Positions 1 through 8,476 of a stretch of DNA of 32,000 nt are shown here, in pieces (the stretch's first letter is position 1; the number at the start of each line of letters is the position of its first letter). The position numbers and the translations under genes were made by a program. Source of the DNA: an uncultured archaeon (GTDB lineage: Archaea > Asgardarchaeota > Thorarchaeia > Thorarchaeales > Thorarchaeaceae); NCBI GenBank assembly GCA_964648855.1, contig CAZYLT010000015.1, positions 28,682-60,681 of the forward strand, read 5' to 3'. The notes under the pieces are model-generated. The model was not told where the DNA came from. It ran no database searches and was given only the letters and a program-made list of their open reading frames with translations.

Positions 1-4
1 AGTC

Positions 5-346
5 CTAGAACAGCCCCTGTAGGAACCCAAAGAGAGCTGCAAACGCTAAAACAAAGAGCGAGGACATAAGCACAGATCTCCCAATCAATGCGATTTTCCA
101 TGATTGAACAGGATTTCCTTCATCATCATAGCGTTTCGCTTCGTCTAATGGTTGCCTAGACATTAGGAGAGCACCAAGAATCAGCATTATTCCAAACTCT
201 AGGATTAGAAGGGTGCTAATGACGTAGAATGCTGAATAGTTGATATAAATGAGAAGCATGACGAATGCAATTCCAATGTCAACTGATACTAGGATTGTGG
301 CGATTGCCAAGGAGAATTGAATCTCTGAGAGCCTACCGGATTCCAA
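5..346 (-). CDS. Small integral membrane protein (about 3 TM helices), last gene of the opp operon strand
   Basis: 113-aa ORF with a TTG start preceded by AGGTTGGGG; three hydrophobic segments; co-oriented 16 nt downstream of the 75-aa ORF. Confidence 0.7.
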   Translation of the reverse strand: MESGRLSEIQFSLAIATILVSVDIGIAFVMLLIYINYSAFYVISTLLILEFGIMLILGALLMSRQPLDEAKRYDDEGNPVQSWKIALIGRSVLMSSLFVLAFAALFGFLQGLF

Positions 347-362
347 GCACGCCCCAACCTAT

Positions 363-590
363 CTAGAAAAATATGCCGAAATAAAGACCCAATATGAGTA
401 ATAGCACTGCCAAAATCACGAGTGGGAGAAAGATGGTTTGGAGGGATGCGAGAAACAAAGCGACATAATCCGTCGCATCGAGAGGAATCGCTGGTTTTGT
501 CCTTTGGGTTTCTTGATACGCGTATTCAGCCCAATCAATATCTCTGTCAGGATCATCTGTTGCTCCTTTACGCTCGGGGTCTATTGCCAT
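363..590 (-). CDS. Small membrane protein downstream of oppF
   Basis: 75 aa; charged N-terminus followed by a hydrophobic C-terminal hairpin (DYVALFLASLQTIFLPLVILAVLLL); co-oriented with the operon. Confidence 0.65.
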   Translation of the reverse strand: MAIDPERKGATDDPDRDIDWAEYAYQETQRTKPAIPLDATDYVALFLASLQTIFLPLVILAVLLLILGLYFGIFF

Positions 591-641
591 CTTTAATCCC
601 AGCTTTCATTCATTCGAGCGAATTTTAATCACACGGTTCGC

Positions 642-1682
642 CTATGCTTTGGCTTTTTCTTTTTCGCCCATGGCGTCTGCATAGGTTTGTTGAGCGCTTG
701 AACCAAAGTCCAATTCTCCAGCAAAGTGACAAGCAACAAGGTGTCCATCACCCATATCACGCAGCTCAGGCTGATTGGTTTCACAGATATCTTCGGCGAA
801 TATACAGCGCGGATGAAATCTGCAACCCGTGGGAGGACTAATCGGACTGGGTACCTCACCACTCAGAATCTGAGCCTTACCAGCAAACTTGGGATTCGGA
901 ATAGGAACAGCTGATACGAGAGCAAATGTGTACGGATGTAATGCGCCTCTGAAAATGTCATGGGGAGTAAGCTCAACAATCTGTCCCAAATACATCACAG
1001 CTATTCGATCGCTCATGTGTTTCACAACACTCAAGTCGTGTGAGATGAACATGTATGTGAGGTTCAATTCCTCCTGAAGGTCCTTCATTAAGTTCAGCGT
1101 CTGTGCCTGAACAGACACATCCGTACTAGATGTGGGTTCATCCATTACGACAAACTTCGGATTCAGTGCAAGTGCGCGAGCAATGCAGATTCGCTGGCGC
1201 TGCCCACCACTGAATTCGTGAGGAAAACGATTGAGGTGGTCCTCAGTCAATCCTACTTTCTGCAACAAGTCCAGAACTATTCGTCTCATTTCAGGGCCCT
1301 TTGCAATCCCGTTGACAACAAGTGGCTCCCCTACTGAATTCTTTATGGTAAGTCGGGGATCTAGAGACGCCATGGGGTCCTGAAAAACTATCTGCATCTC
1401 TCTGCGGATTTTTCTCAGATCTCGACCACTGATTTCTGAGATGTCCTCTCCCTCAAAAATGATCTGCCCTTCTGTAGGTTCAATCAGTCGGAGAACAGTT
1501 CGTCCAAGTGTTGTCTTGCCACAGCCGCTCTCTCCCACTATACCCATTGTTTCGCCTGTTCTGATGTCCATATCTACACCATCGACGGCGTGAACCTGTC
1601 CAATGACCTTTCTGAAGACTCCACCAGTAAGTGGGAAATACTTCTTGAGCCCTCGAACTTTGAGCAATATATTATCTGACAT
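642..1682 (-). CDS. oppF: Oligopeptide/dipeptide ABC transporter ATP-binding subunit (OppF/DppF type)
   Basis: Walker A GESGCGKT, Q-loop FQDP, signature FSGGQRQR, Walker B VVMDEPT, H-loop ISHD, C-terminal HPYT and CRFHPRC..C..C motifs. Confidence 0.95.
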   Translation of the reverse strand: MSDNILLKVRGLKKYFPLTGGVFRKVIGQVHAVDGVDMDIRTGETMGIVGESGCGKTTLGRTVLRLIEPTEGQIIFEGEDISEISGRDLRKIRREMQIVFQDPMASLDPRLTIKNSVGEPLVVNGIAKGPEMRRIVLDLLQKVGLTEDHLNRFPHEFSGGQRQRICIARALALNPKFVVMDEPTSSTDVSVQAQTLNLMKDLQEELNLTYMFISHDLSVVKHMSDRIAVMYLGQIVELTPHDIFRGALHPYTFALVSAVPIPNPKFAGKAQILSGEVPSPISPPTGCRFHPRCIFAEDICETNQPELRDMGDGHLVACHFAGELDFGSSAQQTYADAMGEKEKAKA

Positions 1683-1697
1683 GTTTTGTCTCTCCTG

Positions 1698-2855
1698 TTA
1701 TTTGAGTGGATGATGGCATGCAACCCAATGCTCAGGCGCCAGCTCCATTAGGTGGGGCTTTTCCCTACTGCATACTTCAGTGGCATATTCGCATCTCGGG
1801 TGAAATCGACAGCCTGATGGAGGTGCGATGAGATTGGGAACACTTCCAAGAATCTGAGGCAGACGTTCTTTTTCTTCGTGCAATTTGGGAACTGCTATTA
1901 ATAATCCAGCGGTGTAGGGATGCAAAGGATTATTGAACAACTCCTTGGTTGCACATGTTTCTACCGTAGTTCCTGCATACATTACATTGGTCCAGTTACA
2001 GGTCTCCGCAACGACGCCCATATCATGTGTAATGATGATTATTGATGTTCCAATTTCCTTCTTCAACTCATTCAGCAGATGCAGCACTTGTGCTTGAACA
2101 GTGACATCGAGGGCAGTGGTCGCCTCATCTGCTATGAGGACGCTAGGATTACAAGCCAATGCCATTGCGATGAGCGCTCTCTGTCGCATTCCGCCAGACA
2201 ACTCATGTGGATACTGATCAATGACCTGTTCAGGAGCAGGCATCTTGGCTAGTTTAAGCATCTCCACTGCTCGCTTCTTGGCAGCCTTCTTTGCATCTTT
2301 TTCATCAGGCTCAGGCGGATCATCAAGCTTGGATTCATAATACTGGATTTTTTCTTTGATTTTAAGTTCCCTCTCACCTCCTACATCTTCCTTCAGAGAA
2401 TTCTCCAACTCTTCAATTTTCATCTCTATGACATCACGACTCAAGTCCTGATGCATTTGAATGACTTCCGCAATCTGCTCGCCAACCCTGAACACAGGAT
2501 TCGGATATGTTGCGGGATCTTGGAAGACGATGGCAATCTTGCCACCCCTGATATCGAGCATTTCCTCGGGGCTTAAGCTGAGAATATCTACTGGTTCTTC
2601 TTTGCTTCCATTATCCGTCCTCGGACTGAACCAGACTTTTCCATCATCAATCTTCCCAGGAGGCTCAACAATTCGAAGGATGGATCTTGCGGTCACAGAT
2701 TTCCCACAGCCCGTCTCTCCCACAAGACCCATAGTATCGCCACGTCGTAGAAACATCTCTACGCCATCGAGGGCTTTTACGATTCCTTCATACGTGTAGA
2801 AGTTCGTTTCGAGGTTCTTCACATGTAGGACTAGGTCCAAGTCTTCTATAGCCAT
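1698..2855 (-). CDS. oppD: Oligopeptide/dipeptide ABC transporter ATP-binding subunit (OppD/DppD type) with a charged helical insertion
   Basis: GETGCGKS, FQDP, LSGGMRQR, IADEATTALD, ITHD, HPYT, CRFHPRC. Start re-placed at ATG 2855 (MAIEDL), preceded by GGAGG and adjacent to the oppC stop; the ORF-track start at 2972 overlaps oppC. Confidence 0.95.
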   Translation of the reverse strand: MAIEDLDLVLHVKNLETNFYTYEGIVKALDGVEMFLRRGDTMGLVGETGCGKSVTARSILRIVEPPGKIDDGKVWFSPRTDNGSKEEPVDILSLSPEEMLDIRGGKIAIVFQDPATYPNPVFRVGEQIAEVIQMHQDLSRDVIEMKIEELENSLKEDVGGERELKIKEKIQYYESKLDDPPEPDEKDAKKAAKKRAVEMLKLAKMPAPEQVIDQYPHELSGGMRQRALIAMALACNPSVLIADEATTALDVTVQAQVLHLLNELKKEIGTSIIIITHDMGVVAETCNWTNVMYAGTTVETCATKELFNNPLHPYTAGLLIAVPKLHEEKERLPQILGSVPNLIAPPSGCRFHPRCEYATEVCSREKPHLMELAPEHWVACHHPLK

Positions 2856-2856
2856 G

Positions 2857-4179
2857 CTATCGCCTCCGAATTCGGGGATCCATAATATCGCGTATCCCAT
2901 CTCCCACGAGATTGAATGCAAGCGCCACGAACAAGATGGCGAATCCAGGGAAGAAGACCGCCCAAGGAGCAATCATGAAGAAGTTCTGAGCCTTGGAGAT
3001 CATCAAACCCCATTCAGCTACTCCCGCTCTTGGTCCAAAGCCAATAAAGGCAAGACCTGCCGCAACAAGTAGTACTGAACCTGTATCCATTGTTGCTTGG
3101 ACTATGAGAGGTTGAATTGTGTTTGGAATAATATGATAGGCCAAGATGCGGCCATCCGTTGCACCAACAGACCTAGCAGCTTCAACATAGAGTTTTTCGC
3201 GCTCGCCGAGGACTTGACCCCTCACCAAACGCGCATATGACGGCCACCATGTCACCATCAAAGCCAGAGAGATGCTTTGCAAACTTCGCTCACCAAGTGC
3301 CATTACGATGGCCATAGCAAGAACGAGACCAGGGAATGCAAAGAATACATCAGTAACTCGCATGACTACCTCATCAATCTTTCCGCCATAGTATCCAGCA
3401 ACTGCTCCAATGAATGTTCCAATAAGAACCGCTACCAATACAACGGTAATCGACACATACAAATCAGTTTGAGCGGCGTACAAAATCCTGCTGAATATAT
3501 CGCCGCCAGTATCATCTGTACCCCAGAAGTGTATGGGATTGCCTTCTATCGTACTGGGAGAACCTGGGGGAAGATTGTTGTCACGCCAAACCCTTTCTTC
3601 AGCCCCATATGGAGCGATATAGGGAGCAAGAAAAGCCAATGAAAGAAATGTGACAAGAATAACAATACCAACGACAACAAGTGGGCTCTTTCTCACCAGA
3701 TATAAACTATATCGAAGCTCCTTGATTCGTGGTGACATATCTTCTTTGAAACTCGGATACCAGTATGCCCGCACATTGGGTTGGAAGAGAGATACAATAG
3801 AAACGAGGGATAGGACTGCTAGTGGGATGCCATAGGCACCGATAGTCAAGTATACGACAGCTAAGAAGATGTTTGAATAGAGTGCTGTTGTGAATGCCCA
3901 CAGAGACTCTTCATGTATCGCTAGTCCAGCTCTCAGTATTATATACGCCATCACTAGTGCAGCAAGTCCTTGTAGCAACCAAAGGGTCATATAGATCGGT
4001 AGTTCAACGGTTGCACCCACCACAGAGGTAATTGCTCCGACGAAATTTCCCGCTAGTATTAGCCCGCCGAATAAGAAAGCACCAATGGCAACAATGTAGT
4101 TGATAGCAGCAGATATGCCAAACTGCATTCCACCACGGATCTCGATGAACTCGGTATTCTGTGTGTCTGTGTTGTTCAA
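2857..4179 (-). CDS. oppC: Oligopeptide ABC permease OppC/DppC with an extra N-terminal multi-TM domain
   Basis: HFWGTDDTGGDIFSR, EAA loop YVEAARSVGA, FNLVGDGIRDIMDPR. Likely start is TTG 4179 after GGAGGTG (alternative GTG 4188). Confidence 0.93.
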   Translation of the reverse strand: MNNTDTQNTEFIEIRGGMQFGISAAINYIVAIGAFLFGGLILAGNFVGAITSVVGATVELPIYMTLWLLQGLAALVMAYIILRAGLAIHEESLWAFTTALYSNIFLAVVYLTIGAYGIPLAVLSLVSIVSLFQPNVRAYWYPSFKEDMSPRIKELRYSLYLVRKSPLVVVGIVILVTFLSLAFLAPYIAPYGAEERVWRDNNLPPGSPSTIEGNPIHFWGTDDTGGDIFSRILYAAQTDLYVSITVVLVAVLIGTFIGAVAGYYGGKIDEVVMRVTDVFFAFPGLVLAMAIVMALGERSLQSISLALMVTWWPSYARLVRGQVLGEREKLYVEAARSVGATDGRILAYHIIPNTIQPLIVQATMDTGSVLLVAAGLAFIGFGPRAGVAEWGLMISKAQNFFMIAPWAVFFPGFAILFVALAFNLVGDGIRDIMDPRIRRR

Positions 4180-4191
4180 CTCATACACCTC

Positions 4192-5226
4192 CTATCCAAA
4201 TCTAATCCGCGGGTCCAATGTTCCGTAGACTAGGTCGACGAGGAGATTGGCTGTCACGAATATGAAGGCAACCAGTAATGTGAATCCATTAATTGCTGCC
4301 AAATCGGAATTCAAAATTGCTCGTACCGCCCATCTACCAAGTCCCGGCCATTGGAATATGGTTTCGGTGAGAACAGCACCAGTGATAAGGCCGCCAAAAG
4401 CTAGTCCAATGACGGTCACTGTAGGAATCAAGGCATTTCGTAGTGCATGCTTGTAGATCACTGTTCTTTCTTTCAGACCCTTCGATCTGGCAAGGGTGAT
4501 GTAGTCTTCAGTCAAGACTTCGAGCATGCTGGACCGCATCATCCTCGTGATGATTGCAAGTGTTAGATACCCCAGACAAAACGCTGGCATCGCCAAGTGC
4601 AACAATGAGTCTATGAAGAGACGAATATCGTGAGCAAAGACTAGTGAATCAATGAGCATGAAGCCTGTCACAGGCGTAAAGCCTCGGTAGGTAGAAATAG
4701 AATATCGCTCACCAGGGGGAAGAGCGGGCAGTCCCATGATCTTGAACTGGTAGAAGAGGATATACTTCAGCATAAGAGCAAACCAGAATATAGGCATGGA
4801 TACTCCTGCTAGGGAGAAGATGCGTGTGAAGTGGTCGACCATCTCGTCTTTTCTAGTGGCTGAAACAATGCCAAGGGGGATGCCAAGAACCACTGCAAAT
4901 ATCATTGCGAATATAGACAGCTCAATGGTTGCAGGAAACTTTTCAGCAATCACCTCGAGGACCGGTCGATGACTCGACGATGCACTCTCACCCCAATTGC
5001 CTTGCAGTAGATTGGAAACATATAGAAAGAATTGGAGGTGGGGAGGTTCATCTAGACCGTGAGCTTGACGGATTGCGGGTATCGCAGCCTGAGGCGTATT
5101 CTCATTAATATAAAGCGTCACAGGGTCGCCGACAATATATGCCAAGAACCATGTGATAGTTAGGACGCCAATAATGACAGGAATGGCTAGGACTAGTCTC
5201 CTGAGAATAAAATCTCTGAGCTTCAT
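4192..5226 (-). CDS. oppB: Oligopeptide ABC permease OppB/DppB
   Basis: FILRRL N-terminus, GDPV, GLDEP, FPATIEL, EDYITLARSKGL, ETIFQWPGLG, LDPRIR. Confidence 0.95.
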   Translation of the reverse strand: MKLRDFILRRLVLAIPVIIGVLTITWFLAYIVGDPVTLYINENTPQAAIPAIRQAHGLDEPPHLQFFLYVSNLLQGNWGESASSSHRPVLEVIAEKFPATIELSIFAMIFAVVLGIPLGIVSATRKDEMVDHFTRIFSLAGVSMPIFWFALMLKYILFYQFKIMGLPALPPGERYSISTYRGFTPVTGFMLIDSLVFAHDIRLFIDSLLHLAMPAFCLGYLTLAIITRMMRSSMLEVLTEDYITLARSKGLKERTVIYKHALRNALIPTVTVIGLAFGGLITGAVLTETIFQWPGLGRWAVRAILNSDLAAINGFTLLVAFIFVTANLLVDLVYGTLDPRIRFG

Positions 5227-5523
5227 TTTTTGTATTCTCCATCAGATGGGACTATGCGCGTTATAAGTTCATAATTCTGAACCTACAATGAGCGGATTTT
5301 CAGACAATACTTAAGGCTTTGGATGCCCTTTGAAGATTCTGATTACAGCATGCCGGGCTCACTGGACGGTTTACCAGCCCAAGTTGAGCAGAATCACAGT
5401 TAGGCACAATCTATATTAGTGCGACTTAGCTCTATTTGTATTTGTTCGCGTAGAGCGACTCTTGAGTAGTGATGCCATTTGTGCATAATGACTCAAGGAA
5501 ATATAGAGAAGGAGGAACACACA

Positions 5524-7398
5524 ATTCAAAGAAACCAAATCATAGCGGTCGTCGTGATCGTGGTGATTGTTGGTGCGGCAGGAGCCTATCTTTTAATGAC
5601 TCCACCCAGGCCGACTGGTCAGACCCTTGTTTGGGAAACGATCGGAAACCCTGATTACATGGACCCGCACAACAACTATGAGTCATTTGGCTCATGGGTG
5701 CACTACAACGTGTACGAAACATTGTACACGTATGAATTCGACTCGCTATCTACAGACCCCACTGTGCCGTTATTGGCAGAGGACCTGACGATTTCTGATG
5801 ATGGGCTGAACTATACCTTCACCCTTCGGCAAGGAATCACGTTTCACGATGGAACGCCATTTAACGCATCCTCTGTCCAATACAACTTCGAGAGAATGTT
5901 AGCTACATTCGATCCGAGTGGCCCAGTTTGGATGGTTGCAGAACCTATTCTTGGTGGAGCCGCCATTGAGAATGCTGTCTACGGCTCAGGCCCAGGCAGC
6001 GATGATCATGTTGGCAACTTCACAGAATGGGCAGATGCGAATGAAGACGGTACCGGTGCCGTTCTGGTTCTAGACACATATACTGTAAGAATCAGACTAG
6101 CCTATCCATACGTGCCATTCTTGGCATCCATCACATACGCTGTTGGATCCATGATTAGCCCCACCTGTGTTGAGGCTAATGGCGGTATTGAGATAGGATC
6201 GCACAACGACTACCTAGACGAAAACACATGCGGAACTGGACCATATATGGTCACAGAATGGACTCCGGATGTCAATATTGTACTGGCTCGCAATGAAAAC
6301 TATTGGAGAGCTGATTCTGCTAGGGCGAACTTCCCGAACGCAGGAGCCATTGATGAAGTCATCATCAAGACCAACGAGGATGTCAACAGCAGGATTTTGA
6401 ATATCCAGGCTGAAGAGGCCGATGTCGTATATTGGCCGACAACTCACGCGACACAGGTCTACAACAATGTATCTGCACCAGCATTCAGCGCTAATGACGG
6501 TACACAGCAGAGCTTGACCCCCAATACTCTGAAGGTATGGGCTCAGTATCCGACTTTCAACATCGCGTCAATACACTTCACGATGTCGGAGACCATGAAC
6601 GAGACTACTCTCGGCAGAGTGGTCGAGAACCCATACAAGGTCATTAACTTCCGGAAGGCTCTTAGTCACGCGTTTGATTATGAAACCTTGATTGACACTG
6701 TCGCTAATGGCTTTGGCAATCAGTTTGCCGGACCGATTCCAACAGGAATGTTCGGATACCCGGAGGATGCAAGTACCTACGCATATGACATCGAAGAGGC
6801 TGTTTCTTATTGGAACGATGCCATGAACAACAATGGTCTAGACGATATCCTGGCTAACAACTCCTATACATTGGTCTTCTACTACAACTCTGGAAACACA
6901 GTGCGTGAGAACGCTCAGCTACTCTTAGCCGACGGTCTCAGAGCAGTTATAGACCATGATGATGCAGAACAGCCTGGTGAAGAGCTCGCGATCCAAGTTC
7001 AGGGTCTTGAGTGGTCCAACTACCTCCACGCCGCTATTGCTGGCGAGGTTGGTTGCTGGATGATTGGATGGGCACCGGACTATGCTGACCCAGACAACTA
7101 CGTCGCACCCTATGCCAAGTCCACTGGTACTTTCGGCTACTGGGCACGACTTGGAGACTCTCCTGGTTGGAACACAGCGGAAGTTGACGGCTGGATTGAA
7201 ACCGCAGCACAGAGCCTTGATGAAGAAGAGCGTGAAACACTCTATGCACAGATCACAGAGGCTGTGTATGAACACGCAGCATACATCTGGGTCTATCAGG
7301 GAACAACTCTGTTTGTTACCGGTTCCAATGTCTACGATGGTCAGTACGCTTGCAATCCAATGCATGGTGCGTACTTCTACCACATGTACAAGACATAG
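5524..7398 (+). CDS. oppA: Family-5 ABC substrate-binding protein (OppA/DppA-like), N-terminally membrane anchored; start uncertain (ATT 5524, ATG 5488 or TTG 5479)
   Basis: N-terminal TM helix; YETLY, PLLAE, YTFTLRQGITFHDGTPFNA, GTGPY, FRKALSHAFD, GWAPDYADPDNY; divergent from oppB. GGAGG at 5511-5515 sits 8 nt before the in-frame ATT at 5524. Confidence 0.92.
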   Translation: MQRNQIIAVVVIVVIVGAAGAYLLMTPPRPTGQTLVWETIGNPDYMDPHNNYESFGSWVHYNVYETLYTYEFDSLSTDPTVPLLAEDLTISDDGLNYTFTLRQGITFHDGTPFNASSVQYNFERMLATFDPSGPVWMVAEPILGGAAIENAVYGSGPGSDDHVGNFTEWADANEDGTGAVLVLDTYTVRIRLAYPYVPFLASITYAVGSMISPTCVEANGGIEIGSHNDYLDENTCGTGPYMVTEWTPDVNIVLARNENYWRADSARANFPNAGAIDEVIIKTNEDVNSRILNIQAEEADVVYWPTTHATQVYNNVSAPAFSANDGTQQSLTPNTLKVWAQYPTFNIASIHFTMSETMNETTLGRVVENPYKVINFRKALSHAFDYETLIDTVANGFGNQFAGPIPTGMFGYPEDASTYAYDIEEAVSYWNDAMNNNGLDDILANNSYTLVFYYNSGNTVRENAQLLLADGLRAVIDHDDAEQPGEELAIQVQGLEWSNYLHAAIAGEVGCWMIGWAPDYADPDNYVAPYAKSTGTFGYWARLGDSPGWNTAEVDGWIETAAQSLDEEERETLYAQITEAVYEHAAYIWVYQGTTLFVTGSNVYDGQYACNPMHGAYFYHMYKT

Positions 7399-7430
7399 TG
7401 GAATGGCATTCGCATAATAGAACAAGAAAT

Positions 7431-7467
7431 GCAGAGAGCTCTTCTCTCTGCCCTTTTACTTTTTTTT
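7431..7467 (+). terminator. Hairpin plus poly-T terminator after oppA
   Basis: GCAGAGAG-ctctt-CTCTCTGC (8-bp stem) followed by CCTTTTACTTTTTTTT, 32 nt after the stop. Confidence 0.75.
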
Positions 7468-7577
7468 GGCTATTAGAAAGATAGCGTTGATGGCATAGTT
7501 TAAAGAGAATATAGTGACAATACCCCTAAATGGGGTCAAAAATGCCAGCAACCCAAGAGAGACCCAGCCTGTCAACA

Positions 7578-8411
7578 ATGAGCTCTGAGGATATGTTCTC
7601 ATTATGGTGGAGCGAGAAATGGGTAAGAGGCTTAGTAATATCTCTCTCGCCAATTGGACTTGTGGATGCCCTCTTCACCTATCTCTTGTTCGTCACTCAC
7701 GGTCCGGAATATGAGTATAATCCCATAGTTCGTTTCGCCCTGACTAGCAATTGGTGGTTTCTCTGGATACTTGTGGACATTCTTTCATTTGCACTCTTTG
7801 CAATGATAGCCGGATCGTACTACCTACACACGAGGTCAAATATACTGGGAAATCATGTCAACTGGTTTGCAGCACTCATTGCGTTAAGAGTTGGAGCAGC
7901 TCTATACAATGTTTTGCTATATTTTGGAGATGTTAATCCCATTTTTTGGAGTTTCGTCATGGGACTGATGACATACTGGATGGTCAAAGGTCTCCTCTCC
8001 CGTGAGAGGGATATATCAATCGAAGGATTCAAGAGGTACTGGAGAGCGAAATACGACAGGCTCCACGACAGATTGCTGACTCGGGGAATTGAAAAGAAGA
8101 TGAATGAAGAAAAGAAGGAAATTCCGGAAACTAAAAAGAGTGAACCTAAGGACAGAATGACTACCTGGCTCAAGCGAGCAGGTTACCTTTCAATAACGGT
8201 TCTGTTAGTAGTAAGCGCCCCGTACATTCTCACTGCAATCGGTATGGCCACCGGAGCTATCAACTGGTCAGAACAATATGGGGGACAGGTATTCTGGACA
8301 AATCTATCCGGAACTGCCTTTGTGATTGCCTTTGGTGCAATTATACTTCTGGTCGGACTGATGGTTTACTTCATTATGAAGGCATTCCACACGACTGAAG
8401 GTGGCTGGTGA
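7578..8411 (+). CDS. Multi-pass membrane protein with an N-terminal DUF5658-like motif
   Basis: D-x3-T...E-Y-N-P motif (DALFTYLLFVTHGPEYEYNPIVR); about 4 TM, then a basic/charged linker, then 2 TM. Start ATG 7578 or upstream ATG 7530/7542. Confidence 0.7.
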   Translation: MSSEDMFSLWWSEKWVRGLVISLSPIGLVDALFTYLLFVTHGPEYEYNPIVRFALTSNWWFLWILVDILSFALFAMIAGSYYLHTRSNILGNHVNWFAALIALRVGAALYNVLLYFGDVNPIFWSFVMGLMTYWMVKGLLSRERDISIEGFKRYWRAKYDRLHDRLLTRGIEKKMNEEKKEIPETKKSEPKDRMTTWLKRAGYLSITVLLVVSAPYILTAIGMATGAINWSEQYGGQVFWTNLSGTAFVIAFGAIILLVGLMVYFIMKAFHTTEGGW

Positions 8412-8476
8412 AGAAGATACGTGACATTCCGCTTGGAGCACTGAAGAAGATGCCACTATCTAGCAAACACAAGTTC

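Noticed and set aside
2856-2972. 39-aa N-terminal extension of OppD in the ORF track
   Set aside because: It overlaps the oppC 3' end; an SD-supported ATG at 2855 gives a normal N-terminus.
5461-5497. SECIS element or C/D-box sRNA (GTGATGC...ATGA)
   Set aside because: The stem is too short for SECIS and the boxes deviate from RUGAUGA/CUGA; kept only as a generic hairpin.
6925-7425. 166-aa antisense ORF and the other ORFs nested in or antisense to long genes
   Set aside because: They are shadow ORFs of well-supported genes, with no motifs or SD.
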